Shown piece by piece: positions 7,685-15,998 of a DNA stretch of 64,000 nucleotides; positions within the stretch are counted from its first letter, which is position 1, and each line of letters begins with the position of its first letter. Below the pieces are notes generated by a model. The model was not told the origin of the DNA and did no database searches. It saw only the letters and a list, made by a program, of their open reading frames with translations. The position numbers and the translations under genes are program-made. This stretch comes from a virus: IMG/VR virus record IMGVR_UViG_3300030419_005383, positions 10,296-74,295 of that record. One strand, given 5' to 3'.

Positions 7685-7865
7685 ATCTCGCCGCACACGC
7701 CGCAAGGCACAGCGGAAGTTCAAGCAAGCCATGCGTGGCAAGCTTGAGAAAACCACAGGACGGAACTGGTTGGCAGTTTCCGCCCACTTTCGTCGCGGTG
7801 GCGCTTTTAAGAACCGCCGCGCTCACAACAACAAGATGGCATGTCGCCGTCGAGTGGAGGGCTAA
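7668..7865 (+). CDS. Small Arg/Lys-rich protein
   Basis: ATG 7668 after CAGGAGAGAACC; MNRSSKSRRTRRK...RNWLAVSAHFRRGGAF. Confidence 0.7.
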   Translation: MNRSSKSRRTRRKAQRKFKQAMRGKLEKTTGRNWLAVSAHFRRGGAFKNRRAHNNKMACRRRVEG

Positions 7866-8110
7866 TGCCGACTTTTGATTTTCCATCCGAACCATACTTC
7901 GTCATCTACGACGAAAACGGGAGACGTGTCTATTTCACATTCCGTGAGATTGGAGACCGTGTCCGCAAGGAGGCGCCTGAAACCCTGGGTGAGCACATCT
8001 TTGTGCAGATTGACGCCCTGGGTTTGAACAAAGAGTTCGAACGGGCAGGGACTCCGCACTCGCTTCCTTACACTTTTGCTGAAAAAAACACTGGAGAAAA
8101 CAATGCCTGA
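7865..8110 (+). CDS. Hypothetical protein
   Basis: GGAGG SD and TAATG overlap. Confidence 0.65.
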   Translation: MPTFDFPSEPYFVIYDENGRRVYFTFREIGDRVRKEAPETLGEHIFVQIDALGLNKEFERAGTPHSLPYTFAEKNTGENNA

Positions 8111-8690
8111 TCCCCGGCAATACAATCGTGAAGACGTAATCAAACAACACATTAGCAGCGCAGTTGGAAGCGATGCCGCATTTATGGCTGCTCGGCATGA
8201 TCCCAAGCTTCAAGGCACCTTTACCATCAGCCATAAAGGGCAGTTGTACCACAATGGAGTTCTTGTTGATCACGCAATGATCAGTGACTTTATGGTGTAC
8301 TTGAGCGGCACATACGGTGTTAGGCCGCGGGCAGATGAAGTTGTTGCTGGGTTCACTTCTGCCGCAACGAAGAACCCGAAAAGCATTATGCGGAAACGAA
8401 AACGAACCACCCATGTTCCGCCCAGGCTTCTCCATGAAGTTGATCAAACGGTTCGGCTTATGAGAGGGGAACTGACCACGAAGAAGATCGCCTTGAAGTT
8501 GATGCCACACGAATACGAGGATTCAGCGCGGTCCGTGGAAATGCTCATCTCCGAGGCTATGAAGCGGCTTGGCTACATCAAGAAACGGAAGATGATCAAC
8601 TGCGTCCGTCAGAGCCGGTGGGAACCAAACCCAAAAGCAAAGCGGGTTGGGCTACCTCAAAACGATAGGCTTGAGGGGGGAGAAGAATGA
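8103..8690 (+). CDS. ATPase-less paralogue of the VapE-like helicase (N-terminal domain plus C-terminal winged helix)
   Basis: Segments resemble the N- and C-terminal parts of 10690-12015. No Walker A/B. Confidence 0.6.
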   Translation: MPDPRQYNREDVIKQHISSAVGSDAAFMAARHDPKLQGTFTISHKGQLYHNGVLVDHAMISDFMVYLSGTYGVRPRADEVVAGFTSAATKNPKSIMRKRKRTTHVPPRLLHEVDQTVRLMRGELTTKKIALKLMPHEYEDSARSVEMLISEAMKRLGYIKKRKMINCVRQSRWEPNPKAKRVGLPQNDRLEGGEE

Positions 8691-9184
8691 TTTTAACCCT
8701 ATTCGCGTTGATGCTTGCGGGCGATTTTTATCGCCCAATAGCCAAGCCGGAGCCGAAGCCATACGCCGATATGCTCGACACTATGACGGGATTCCGCGGC
8801 GTTGAGTTCCGCTCTGCGCCGAATCTGGGCCCAGAATTTCTGCTCTACGAAGACAACATCGATACAACCGTTTACCGGCGCCCAGGTGATGATCTGCAAT
8901 TCTCTGGTGTTGAGATGGACGATGTCTACTACGTCTTCTGGCGGGGCAAATTCCTGGGAGGAGTTGCTTTGTGTTCCATCGCCGTCCACTGCCTGGAGCC
9001 TTTGTATCTCGCGATTGTGCCAATGCTTGGTGAAGGAATCTTTGAAGAACACGAGGACCGAATTGTCTGGCCAGGCGAGCAAGCCTTTCTGGTTCTGAAA
9101 CGAGAAGAGGACGGCACCGGACGGCTACTGTTGCTTGACAAAGAGACCATAGAAGAAATCCGACAGACGCCTTCGGAGAAGTGA
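8687..9184 (+). CDS. Exported/periplasmic protein with signal peptide
   Basis: MILTLFALMLA N-terminus. GFRGVEF...DDLQFSG...YYVFWRGKF resembles bacterial exported proteins. Confidence 0.65.
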   Translation: MILTLFALMLAGDFYRPIAKPEPKPYADMLDTMTGFRGVEFRSAPNLGPEFLLYEDNIDTTVYRRPGDDLQFSGVEMDDVYYVFWRGKFLGGVALCSIAVHCLEPLYLAIVPMLGEGIFEEHEDRIVWPGEQAFLVLKREEDGTGRLLLLDKETIEEIRQTPSEK

Positions 9185-9447
9185 TGAACGCCACACAGGA
9201 ACGACTTGACACCCTTTCAGCGGTCCAGGCCTTAGTTGATGCGCTGGGAGGCAGGGTCAAGCCAGCAGCAAGGATCATGGGTGCATCTGAATCAAGCTTG
9301 TACAAGGTTCTCAAGAAAGAGAACGCGGCCCCGACGCTCGATACATTGGCCCGATACGCCAACAGAATTTTTCGAGAAACTGGAATCCGTCTCATTTTTA
9401 CTGTGACGCCCGATTTTAAACTTCATTGGACCGTCAAGAACGAATGA
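9181..9447 (+). CDS. XRE/Cro-type helix-turn-helix regulator
   Basis: VKPAARIMGASESSLYKVLKKENAAPTLDTLARYA. Confidence 0.8.
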   Translation: MMNATQERLDTLSAVQALVDALGGRVKPAARIMGASESSLYKVLKKENAAPTLDTLARYANRIFRETGIRLIFTVTPDFKLHWTVKNE

Positions 9448-9452
9448 TGTTT

Positions 9453-9481
9453 TTGACGAGCTAATCTCAACACCCTATTCT
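9453..9481 (+). promoter_or_regulatory. Sigma70-type promoter of the replication operon (TTGACG-N17-TATTCT)
   Basis: Near-consensus hexamers. Predicted +1 at ~9488 coincides with the first base of a structured leader. Confidence 0.7.
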
Positions 9482-9487
9482 CTTCTG

Positions 9488-9637
9488 GCCTGCCGGGATT
9501 GATCCCCCGGCCTCGTGAAAGCGAGTCAGGCATCTTGGTTGGGCCCCCGCCACCAAACTAGTCGTTGCTCTGCGCGGTTGGTGGCGGAGCGGCCCCAGCC
9601 AGGAGTGCGCCTGCCGCGACCACTAAAGGAACCAAGA
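9488..9637 (+). ncRNA. Structured 5' leader RNA upstream of primase
   Basis: Three-way junction with GAAA tetraloop and a long G-U-containing hairpin (9533-9604). TCTTGGTT (9533-9540) is also complementary to AACCAAGA at the RBS (9630-9637). Confidence 0.6.
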
Positions 9638-9641
9638 ACCA

Positions 9642-10703
9642 ATGAAACTCTGGATTGAAAACGTGAAGCAGGCAGCAACAACGACACAGGTTGCTAAACT
9701 TCTCGGAGCCAAACCAGGCAAGAACAAGTCATTTGGGCCATGTCCAGCCTGCAAGAACGAAAGACGAAGCAAAACTGATCAGCGTAAGCCTTTGACGATT
9801 TATTCTACTGGAAAGTGGGTTTGCTACGCATGCTCAGCCAAGGGCGATGGCGTGGACCTTGTATCTATTCATCTTCACGGTGCCAGGCTTGGCGCGGTCA
9901 GTAAGGATAAAGTGAAAGCCGTTCGGGGGTGGTTTGCATCCCATGGCTTCTGCGAGAATGGCCAGGCTACACCAAAGATTCCAACCGGGCGACCCCAGCG
10001 CGAGAAGAAACAGGAAGACCAGAACGTCTACGTCAAGCGGGGAAGACCACCGGCACACGAGATCGTTTCTCTTTGGAAATCGAGCCTGTATCCCAACAAG
10101 GCCGTGGAGAGCAGCCGGCCGAACGACCCACTTGTCAAATGGCTGCTCAATCGCGAATTCTCCCCTCAGACCCTGAAAAACACAGGACTCATAAAAGTCA
10201 CGCCACTGGGCGTAGACTATGAATATCCTGAATGGTGGCCTCGCCAGTGGTCATACTCCATCCGGCTGATCACACCAGCGTATGAACCCAACGGAAAGGT
10301 CGCCTCACTGCACGGGCGAAGCGTCGTGAAGAGCGGCCCAAAAACGCGCTGGCCGCTCGGCTACGAAGCGGGGGGTCTCTGGATGGCAAACCGGTCAGGC
10401 GTACACATGATGCGCGGGCAGAAGCCCAGGCTGAGCGGCGTTCTAATCTGCGAAGGAATTACAGACCTGATGCGGGCTGCTTGCCAGAACATCGACCAGG
10501 CGTTGGGACTAGCTGTTCTCGCTGGGACATCCGGCTCGTTCCGTCACGTCCACCAAGCCAGCATTCCAAAGGATCTGCCAGTCTATCTGGCTACGGATGA
10601 CGACGGGACTGGTGATAAGTATGCACGTATAGTTGTCGAAAAGCTGAAGCACAACAGAATCTACCGCTTGAACCTTGCAGGAACTGCCGATGCCCGATCT
10701 TGA
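9642..10703 (+). CDS. DNA primase (Zn-finger plus Toprim)
   Basis: CPAC...CYAC zinc finger; Toprim LICEGITD and LATDDDGTGD. Confidence 0.85.
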   Translation: MKLWIENVKQAATTTQVAKLLGAKPGKNKSFGPCPACKNERRSKTDQRKPLTIYSTGKWVCYACSAKGDGVDLVSIHLHGARLGAVSKDKVKAVRGWFASHGFCENGQATPKIPTGRPQREKKQEDQNVYVKRGRPPAHEIVSLWKSSLYPNKAVESSRPNDPLVKWLLNREFSPQTLKNTGLIKVTPLGVDYEYPEWWPRQWSYSIRLITPAYEPNGKVASLHGRSVVKSGPKTRWPLGYEAGGLWMANRSGVHMMRGQKPRLSGVLICEGITDLMRAACQNIDQALGLAVLAGTSGSFRHVHQASIPKDLPVYLATDDDGTGDKYARIVVEKLKHNRIYRLNLAGTADARS

Positions 10704-12015
10704 CGATGCTCTCAAAGCCTCAAACCTCAAAGACCTTATTGATGAAGCGAATGAGGCCGGCGCCTTACACGAGCCATCGAACGAGCTGACGCTTGGCGAC
10801 ATTGCCGATGAGTCTGTTTTGGCCAGGCTCCAGCAGTACAAAGATTCGTATGGAAACCCGACCGGGCGACCAATGAAAACAAGAAGGAATTGCTATCTGA
10901 TCATTCGGTACGACAAACGACTGAGTAAACAGATCTGGTTGGACTCATTCAAGAACGTGCTGATGTTTGGTGATGCCGACTACAGCGATACGGATGACAC
11001 TCGAATCTCTCTCTGGATTGATGCGGTCTACGGCGTTTCATACGCACCGGGCACCATCATGGAGATGACCAGAAAAGTCGGCGAAGAGAACCAGAAAAAC
11101 GAACTGGTTAACTGGCTGAACCGAATCACATGGGACAAAACCCCCCGCTCGGAAGAGTGGCTGATTGAAGGCGCTGGAGCTGACGACACAGAACTGATCA
11201 AAACAATGTCCAGATGTTGGTTGATTCAGGCCGTGGCCAGGGCTCTCAATCCCGGCGTGAAAGGCGATGTGTGCTTGATTCTGGTCGGCCCTCAAGGCGC
11301 CAAAAAATCCACCTTGCTGGAGGCCGTCGCTGGGAAGGAATACTTCGCGGACACTCCCTTGGACATCGGAAGTCGTAATGCCTACCAACAATTGCAACGT
11401 GCTTGGATTTACGAGGTAGCAGAATTAGACTCAATTCGGCGCAGCCATAACTCAAGCACAAAGGCCTTTTTGAGCGCCACCGAAGACACCTTTGTGCCAC
11501 CGTATGGCAGGCATGCTGTCACCATCAAAAGACATGTCTGCTTCTGCGGCAGTACGAACGAAGACACCTTCCTGCGAGACAAAACCGGATCTCGCAGGTT
11601 TTGGCCGGTTCGTGTTGGAAAAATCAACCTGCAATGGGCCAGAGAAAACCGAGAACAACTCTGGGCGGAAGCTGTCCACCTGTACAAGTCGGGCGCCCAA
11701 TGGTGGCTTGGCCATGATTCTGAAAATGTGCTGGCAGAAGAATCAACCCAGTACGAAGAAGCCGACCCGTGGCTCAACATCATCGCTGAGTTCTTGTTGA
11801 CGCGGGGGGGCTCAGCCCTGGAAACGTCTGACATCATGAAAGAGGCCCTGAAGCTGGAATCTCACCACATGTCGAGAACGAACAGCATGCGTTTACACGA
11901 AGTCATGACAAAGCTTGGATGGGTTCGAGAACGCCGATCATACGCCGGAACCAGAGGGTACTACTGGGTAAAGAGTGCCGATGTGCTTAGCTTCAATAAA
12001 TTAGGTGATTTATGA
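10690..12015 (+). CDS. VapE (virulence-associated E)-like P-loop ATPase / replicative helicase
   Basis: Walker A GPQGAKKST, IYEVAELD, FVPPYGR, FCGSTNEDTFLRDKTGSRRFWPV, QLWAEA. Confidence 0.9.
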   Translation: MPDLDDALKASNLKDLIDEANEAGALHEPSNELTLGDIADESVLARLQQYKDSYGNPTGRPMKTRRNCYLIIRYDKRLSKQIWLDSFKNVLMFGDADYSDTDDTRISLWIDAVYGVSYAPGTIMEMTRKVGEENQKNELVNWLNRITWDKTPRSEEWLIEGAGADDTELIKTMSRCWLIQAVARALNPGVKGDVCLILVGPQGAKKSTLLEAVAGKEYFADTPLDIGSRNAYQQLQRAWIYEVAELDSIRRSHNSSTKAFLSATEDTFVPPYGRHAVTIKRHVCFCGSTNEDTFLRDKTGSRRFWPVRVGKINLQWARENREQLWAEAVHLYKSGAQWWLGHDSENVLAEESTQYEEADPWLNIIAEFLLTRGGSALETSDIMKEALKLESHHMSRTNSMRLHEVMTKLGWVRERRSYAGTRGYYWVKSADVLSFNKLGDL

Positions 12016-13379
12016 CGAAAACAGTAATTGGCGGTGGTTTTTTCCTTTCGCCGCAACATCCATCAATAAATGATATTCGGAACCGATTCAAAATTAGGAA
12101 TCCAGACTATGGCCAAGCCCTGGCGCTCAGGGATAAGGGTCGATGGGTCGATCTTCCTGATCAATGGGTTTACGCATGCGAGCCGCTGCCCCCTGGCCAC
12201 CCCTGGCAAGGCGGATTGGCCGTCCCAAGGGGTCTGATTAACCAAATTGCGGAAGTCAAAACAGCTCAAAACGCGCAAAGCTATGCGCCCGCTGAACCGC
12301 TTTCAACTGGAGCCAACCTCCAGTCTCGCGCTTACCAGCAAAAAGCTGTTGAAGAGCTGAAGAAGCACCATTCCGGCATCGTCATCGCGCCATGCGGAAG
12401 CGGAAAGACCTGCATTGGCATTTTGGCCATTGCGGCGATCCCCACCAAGACGCTGGTTCTGGTACACACACTTGATCTCGCCAAGCAATGGATTGATCGA
12501 TGCGAATCAATGCTGGGCATCACTCCCACACTCGTTGGTGGCGGCAAGTTCAATTCAGATGGTCGCGTTGTTGTCGCCACATTCCAAACTTTGTCGCGTT
12601 GCCGTTGGGATGAACGATACCAATGGGCAAAGCAGTTCGGAATGGTCATTGCTGACGAGGTTCATCATGTTCCGAGCAGGACTTTTCGCGATGTCATGAT
12701 GACCATGCCGGCGAAGTATCGTTTGGGCCTGACCGCAACACCTGACCGGCCTGATGGGTTGACGGAATTGATGTGGTGGCACTTTGGCAGAAAGCTACTG
12801 GAGCTTCAGCAGAGCGACATGGTGGACGCTGGCTTAGTTCTTTCGCCATCAATTGAATGGCTGCACACCGGCTGGGAGGGTGCAGGACGAGACATGGACT
12901 GGCCGAAGTTCATCAACTCAATGACTCAAGACGACAGCAGGAACAGCAAAATTCTTGAACGAGTCAAGCAGGCCGTAGCAAAAGGGCGGCAAGTCTTAGT
13001 GTTGTCAGATCGGGTAGCCCACTGTGAGATGATCGCAGAACAAATGAATGCATGCGGTATCTCTTCCGCGGCACTTGTTGGGCGTTTATCGAAGAAGAAA
13101 AGAGCAGAACTGCTTAAAGACGCAGACGATAAGAAGCTGTCGGTCATTACTGCAACAACAATTGCAGATGAAGGGCTTGATCTGCCGAATCTGGACACAG
13201 TGGTTTTGACCACACCAACGAAAGCGATGGGGCGAGTTCAGCAGAGAATTGGAAGGGTAATGCGCAAGGCCCCAGGAAAGCGGAAACCGCTGGTCATAGA
13301 CTGCCTCGATGAAGTAGGTTCATTACGAGGATTGGCCAGAAAGCGATTCAAGCTGTACAGTAAAATGGGGTGTTCATGA
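12012..13379 (+). CDS. Superfamily 2 DExH helicase
   Basis: APCGSGKT, ADEVHH, GLTATPDR, DEGLDLP, QRIGRVMR. Confidence 0.93.
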   Translation: MTKTVIGGGFFLSPQHPSINDIRNRFKIRNPDYGQALALRDKGRWVDLPDQWVYACEPLPPGHPWQGGLAVPRGLINQIAEVKTAQNAQSYAPAEPLSTGANLQSRAYQQKAVEELKKHHSGIVIAPCGSGKTCIGILAIAAIPTKTLVLVHTLDLAKQWIDRCESMLGITPTLVGGGKFNSDGRVVVATFQTLSRCRWDERYQWAKQFGMVIADEVHHVPSRTFRDVMMTMPAKYRLGLTATPDRPDGLTELMWWHFGRKLLELQQSDMVDAGLVLSPSIEWLHTGWEGAGRDMDWPKFINSMTQDDSRNSKILERVKQAVAKGRQVLVLSDRVAHCEMIAEQMNACGISSAALVGRLSKKKRAELLKDADDKKLSVITATTIADEGLDLPNLDTVVLTTPTKAMGRVQQRIGRVMRKAPGKRKPLVIDCLDEVGSLRGLARKRFKLYSKMGCS

Positions 13380-13585
13380 GCAAGAACATGCTTCCTGAAG
13401 GCTGGACCGTTCGCCAAACTGATTGTGGAACGACCTGTTTAATCGATGAAGATGGCTTTCTGGTGGCTTCGAGGCCAGACTATGATGAAGTGTTTCGACG
13501 GTTAAGCGCAGCTCTTCACTGGGCGAGCCAAAACGCTTCACCAACAAACGCAAAGATCAAAAAACAGAAACCCGCAAAAGCCTAA
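13376..13585 (+). CDS. Hypothetical small protein
   Basis: ATGA overlap with the helicase stop. Confidence 0.6.
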   Translation: MSKNMLPEGWTVRQTDCGTTCLIDEDGFLVASRPDYDEVFRRLSAALHWASQNASPTNAKIKKQKPAKA

Positions 13586-13842
13586 GACTTCTTGGTCGTC
13601 TTCTTTGTGGTGCTCTTTTTTGCAGCCGGTTTTTTTGCTGGGGCCTTTTTGGCCGGGGCCTTTTTGGCCGGGGCCTTCTTGGCTGGAGCTTTTTTAGCTT
13701 CTGCTGCTTCGAGAGCTTCTATGAGAGAAAGAATAGCAGAACAAAGCAGAGGAACCGCTTTGGGTGCATGGTAAGGGGATCGCTCATTCCGGTATCCGCC
13801 CCGTGCAGCTTTAACGAGACTCAGTGCTTCTTTTTTGTCCAT
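13582..13842 (-). CDS. Histone H1-like protein with KKAPA repeats
   Basis: C-terminal AKKAPAKKAPAKKAPAKKAPAKKPAAKKSTTKK; GAGG SD. Confidence 0.75.
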   Translation of the reverse strand: MDKKEALSLVKAARGGYRNERSPYHAPKAVPLLCSAILSLIEALEAAEAKKAPAKKAPAKKAPAKKAPAKKPAAKKSTTKKTTKKS

Positions 13843-14087
13843 CAGGATTTCCTCTTGTGTAAACGCTTAGATAGGCCAGGCCAACTGTTTGTAGATACTA
13901 CCCCACCCGTGGCTTCTTCGACAGCCACCGCCAGCAGCAATGATGGCACCGAACGCCCAGACTCCAAGTCTCGCAGATATGGAATGCTGATGGTCAGCCC
14001 GCCTGGAAGCTGTCCGTTCAACCATGAGCAAAACGCAACGCGAGTGCTGTGGCGTGGATGACTTTGCCGATAATCAGAGATGTTCAC
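13842..14087 (-). CDS. Cro-like/XRE HTH regulator
   Basis: ISIPYLRDLESGRSVPSLLLAVAVEEATGGVV; GAGGTG SD before GTG. Confidence 0.8.
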   Translation of the reverse strand: MNISDYRQSHPRHSTRVAFCSWLNGQLPGGLTISIPYLRDLESGRSVPSLLLAVAVEEATGGVVSTNSWPGLSKRLHKRKS

Positions 14088-14112
14088 AGCATCACCTCAA
14101 CTCAATGTAGTG

Positions 14113-14147
14113 ATGCTATTGACATCACTTTATCATGTCAATACGAT
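14113..14147. promoter_or_regulatory. Overlapping bidirectional sigma70 promoters on a 9-bp inverted repeat
   Basis: + strand TTGACA(14119)-N17-TACGAT; - strand TTGACA(14141)-N17-TAGCAT; IR TATTGACAT-N9-ATGTCAATA. Confidence 0.8.
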
Positions 14148-14166
14148 TGGTAAGACAGAGGTAAGA

Positions 14167-15126
14167 ATGACTTCAGAAGAACGTGAGAAGTGGCTTGAGA
14201 AACGCCGAACCGGATTAGGCGGAACGGACATCGCAAAAATCATCGTGGACGCAGCACCCCCCGCCAAGCGCATCGGCTGCTATCGGGGCAGCATCTTCCA
14301 GATGTGGGCAGAGAAAGTCGGGCTGCACCAACCGTCCGAATACACCATGAGTGATGCGGCCAGGCGCGGCATCCAGCTTGAGAGCTATGTTTGCGGGCTG
14401 TACAAAGACTACCTGAGCGAAGAGGTTGAGTTCACCGAACTAAGCTCAGTTCAGCACCCAGACAGGCCCATCATCAGGGGAACGCCTGATCGAATGGTGA
14501 AAGCGATTGCTAGCGGCAAGACATGGGGCATGGACGCGAAAACCCGCCGATACAAAAAGGGTTGGGGCGATCATGAAACCGCTGACGTTCCGCTGGACAC
14601 CGAAATCCAGTGCCGTGTCTACATGGAAATCTTCGACAGTCCAATGTGGGATGTAGCTGCCTTGTTTTCGCTTGATGATCTTGGGGTCTATCGGCTCTTT
14701 CGTGACAAAGAGCTGGGACTCCAAATTCTCGATGTTGCCGAAACATGGTGGGAGACTCATGTCATTGGCAACAAACCGCCAGACCCAGATGGTCATGAGA
14801 AGACCCGAGAGCTTCTGGCGCATTTTCATGACAAGCCAACTGATGAATTGCGGCAAGCGACTTTGCTCGACCAGCAGCTACACGAAGACCTGATCGACAT
14901 CCGAAAGCGATACAAGGAACTGGGCGCAGAGAAGCATTTGCTGGAAAACACTTTACGTGGCCGAATCGGTGACGACCTTGGCATCAAAGGCATCGCCACA
15001 TGGAAGCAGGGTAAACCTCGCAAGATTCTCGACACGAAGCGGCTCAAGGCTGAGGACCCGGAAATCTACGAAAAATACTTGGTAGAGCGACCAGCTACCA
15101 GAACTCTTCGCGTCATGGGCGAATAA
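14167..15126 (+). CDS. YqaJ-like (lambda exonuclease family) recombination nuclease
   Basis: WLEKRRTGLGGTD, RGIQLE, GTPDR, MDAKT, QCRVYM; adjacent to recT. Confidence 0.92.
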   Translation: MTSEEREKWLEKRRTGLGGTDIAKIIVDAAPPAKRIGCYRGSIFQMWAEKVGLHQPSEYTMSDAARRGIQLESYVCGLYKDYLSEEVEFTELSSVQHPDRPIIRGTPDRMVKAIASGKTWGMDAKTRRYKKGWGDHETADVPLDTEIQCRVYMEIFDSPMWDVAALFSLDDLGVYRLFRDKELGLQILDVAETWWETHVIGNKPPDPDGHEKTRELLAHFHDKPTDELRQATLLDQQLHEDLIDIRKRYKELGAEKHLLENTLRGRIGDDLGIKGIATWKQGKPRKILDTKRLKAEDPEIYEKYLVERPATRTLRVMGE

Positions 15127-15140
15127 CCACAGGAGAAATC

Positions 15141-15998
15141 ATGACTCAACTTCAACAACAAAATCAAAGCCAGCTTGCTGTCCTTCAGGACTACCTGATT
15201 GATCGCAAACACGTCCTACAGGAGCTTGCGCCAGACGGCGTAAACGTAGACAAGATCATCAAGGTTGCCATCTTTGAGGCTGCTAAGAACGAACAGCTTC
15301 GGTCCTGCACACCACAGTCCATGTTTATGGCCATTGGCAAGGCCTGTGAGCTTGGCTTGGCTGCTGGAGGGGTTCTGCATAGGGCAAGCCTCGTGCCCAT
15401 CTACAGCAAGAAGAAGCGGGCCATGGAGGCGGACCTCTGGGTCGAATACACCGGGCTGATGGACTTGGTTCGTCGTTCTGGCGAAATCGCTTCTTTTGTC
15501 GCCCGTGTGGTTCATGAGAACGAAGAGTTCGAACACTACTTTGATGCTGCTCAAGGTGAAGTGCTTCGTCACCGGCCATGCTACGACTCTGACCCAGGTG
15601 GACTTCGGCTGGCTTATGCCGTCGCTTTCTACAAAGATGGCCGTCGTCAGATTGAGGTCATGCGGCGTGACCAGATCCTCAAGATTCGTGACGGCTCACG
15701 CTACAACGGGAATGGTCCGTGGAAAACTCACGAAGAAGAAATGTGGCGCAAAACCGTAATTCGCCGCATTTGCAAATACCTTCCCCTTACACCACAGGCT
15801 ACAGCCGTTATCAACGACGATATCAACACTGAATTTTCCGGCAACATGGACCTGATGGACAACCTGTCAGTCGCAGCCACCGAAACCATTGATGTTGATT
15901 CCGATATTATCGATGAACCGGCTGAGACGATTGCTCAAGAAGCAGTCAAAAAGGCCAAAACAAAAACAGCTAAAAAAACTACTGAGGATGTGAACTGA
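15141..15998 (+). CDS. recT: RecT single-strand annealing protein
   Basis: LRSCTPQS, YTGLMDLVRRSG, GPWKTHEEEMWRKTVIRRICKYLP. Confidence 0.95.
   Translation: MTQLQQQNQSQLAVLQDYLIDRKHVLQELAPDGVNVDKIIKVAIFEAAKNEQLRSCTPQSMFMAIGKACELGLAAGGVLHRASLVPIYSKKKRAMEADLWVEYTGLMDLVRRSGEIASFVARVVHENEEFEHYFDAAQGEVLRHRPCYDSDPGGLRLAYAVAFYKDGRRQIEVMRRDQILKIRDGSRYNGNGPWKTHEEEMWRKTVIRRICKYLPLTPQATAVINDDINTEFSGNMDLMDNLSVAATETIDVDSDIIDEPAETIAQEAVKKAKTKTAKKTTEDVN

Noticed and set aside
9488-9604. tRNA, hammerhead ribozyme or c-di-GMP riboswitch
   Set aside because: No cloverleaf/TTC loop, no CUGAUGA core, and no recognisable match to those consensus sequences by eye. Kept as an unclassified structured leader.
11085-11094. 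AGAGAACCAG seed-like match inside the VapE CDS
   Set aside because: Not near a start codon. Treated as a probable chance hit and not counted as an sRNA target.
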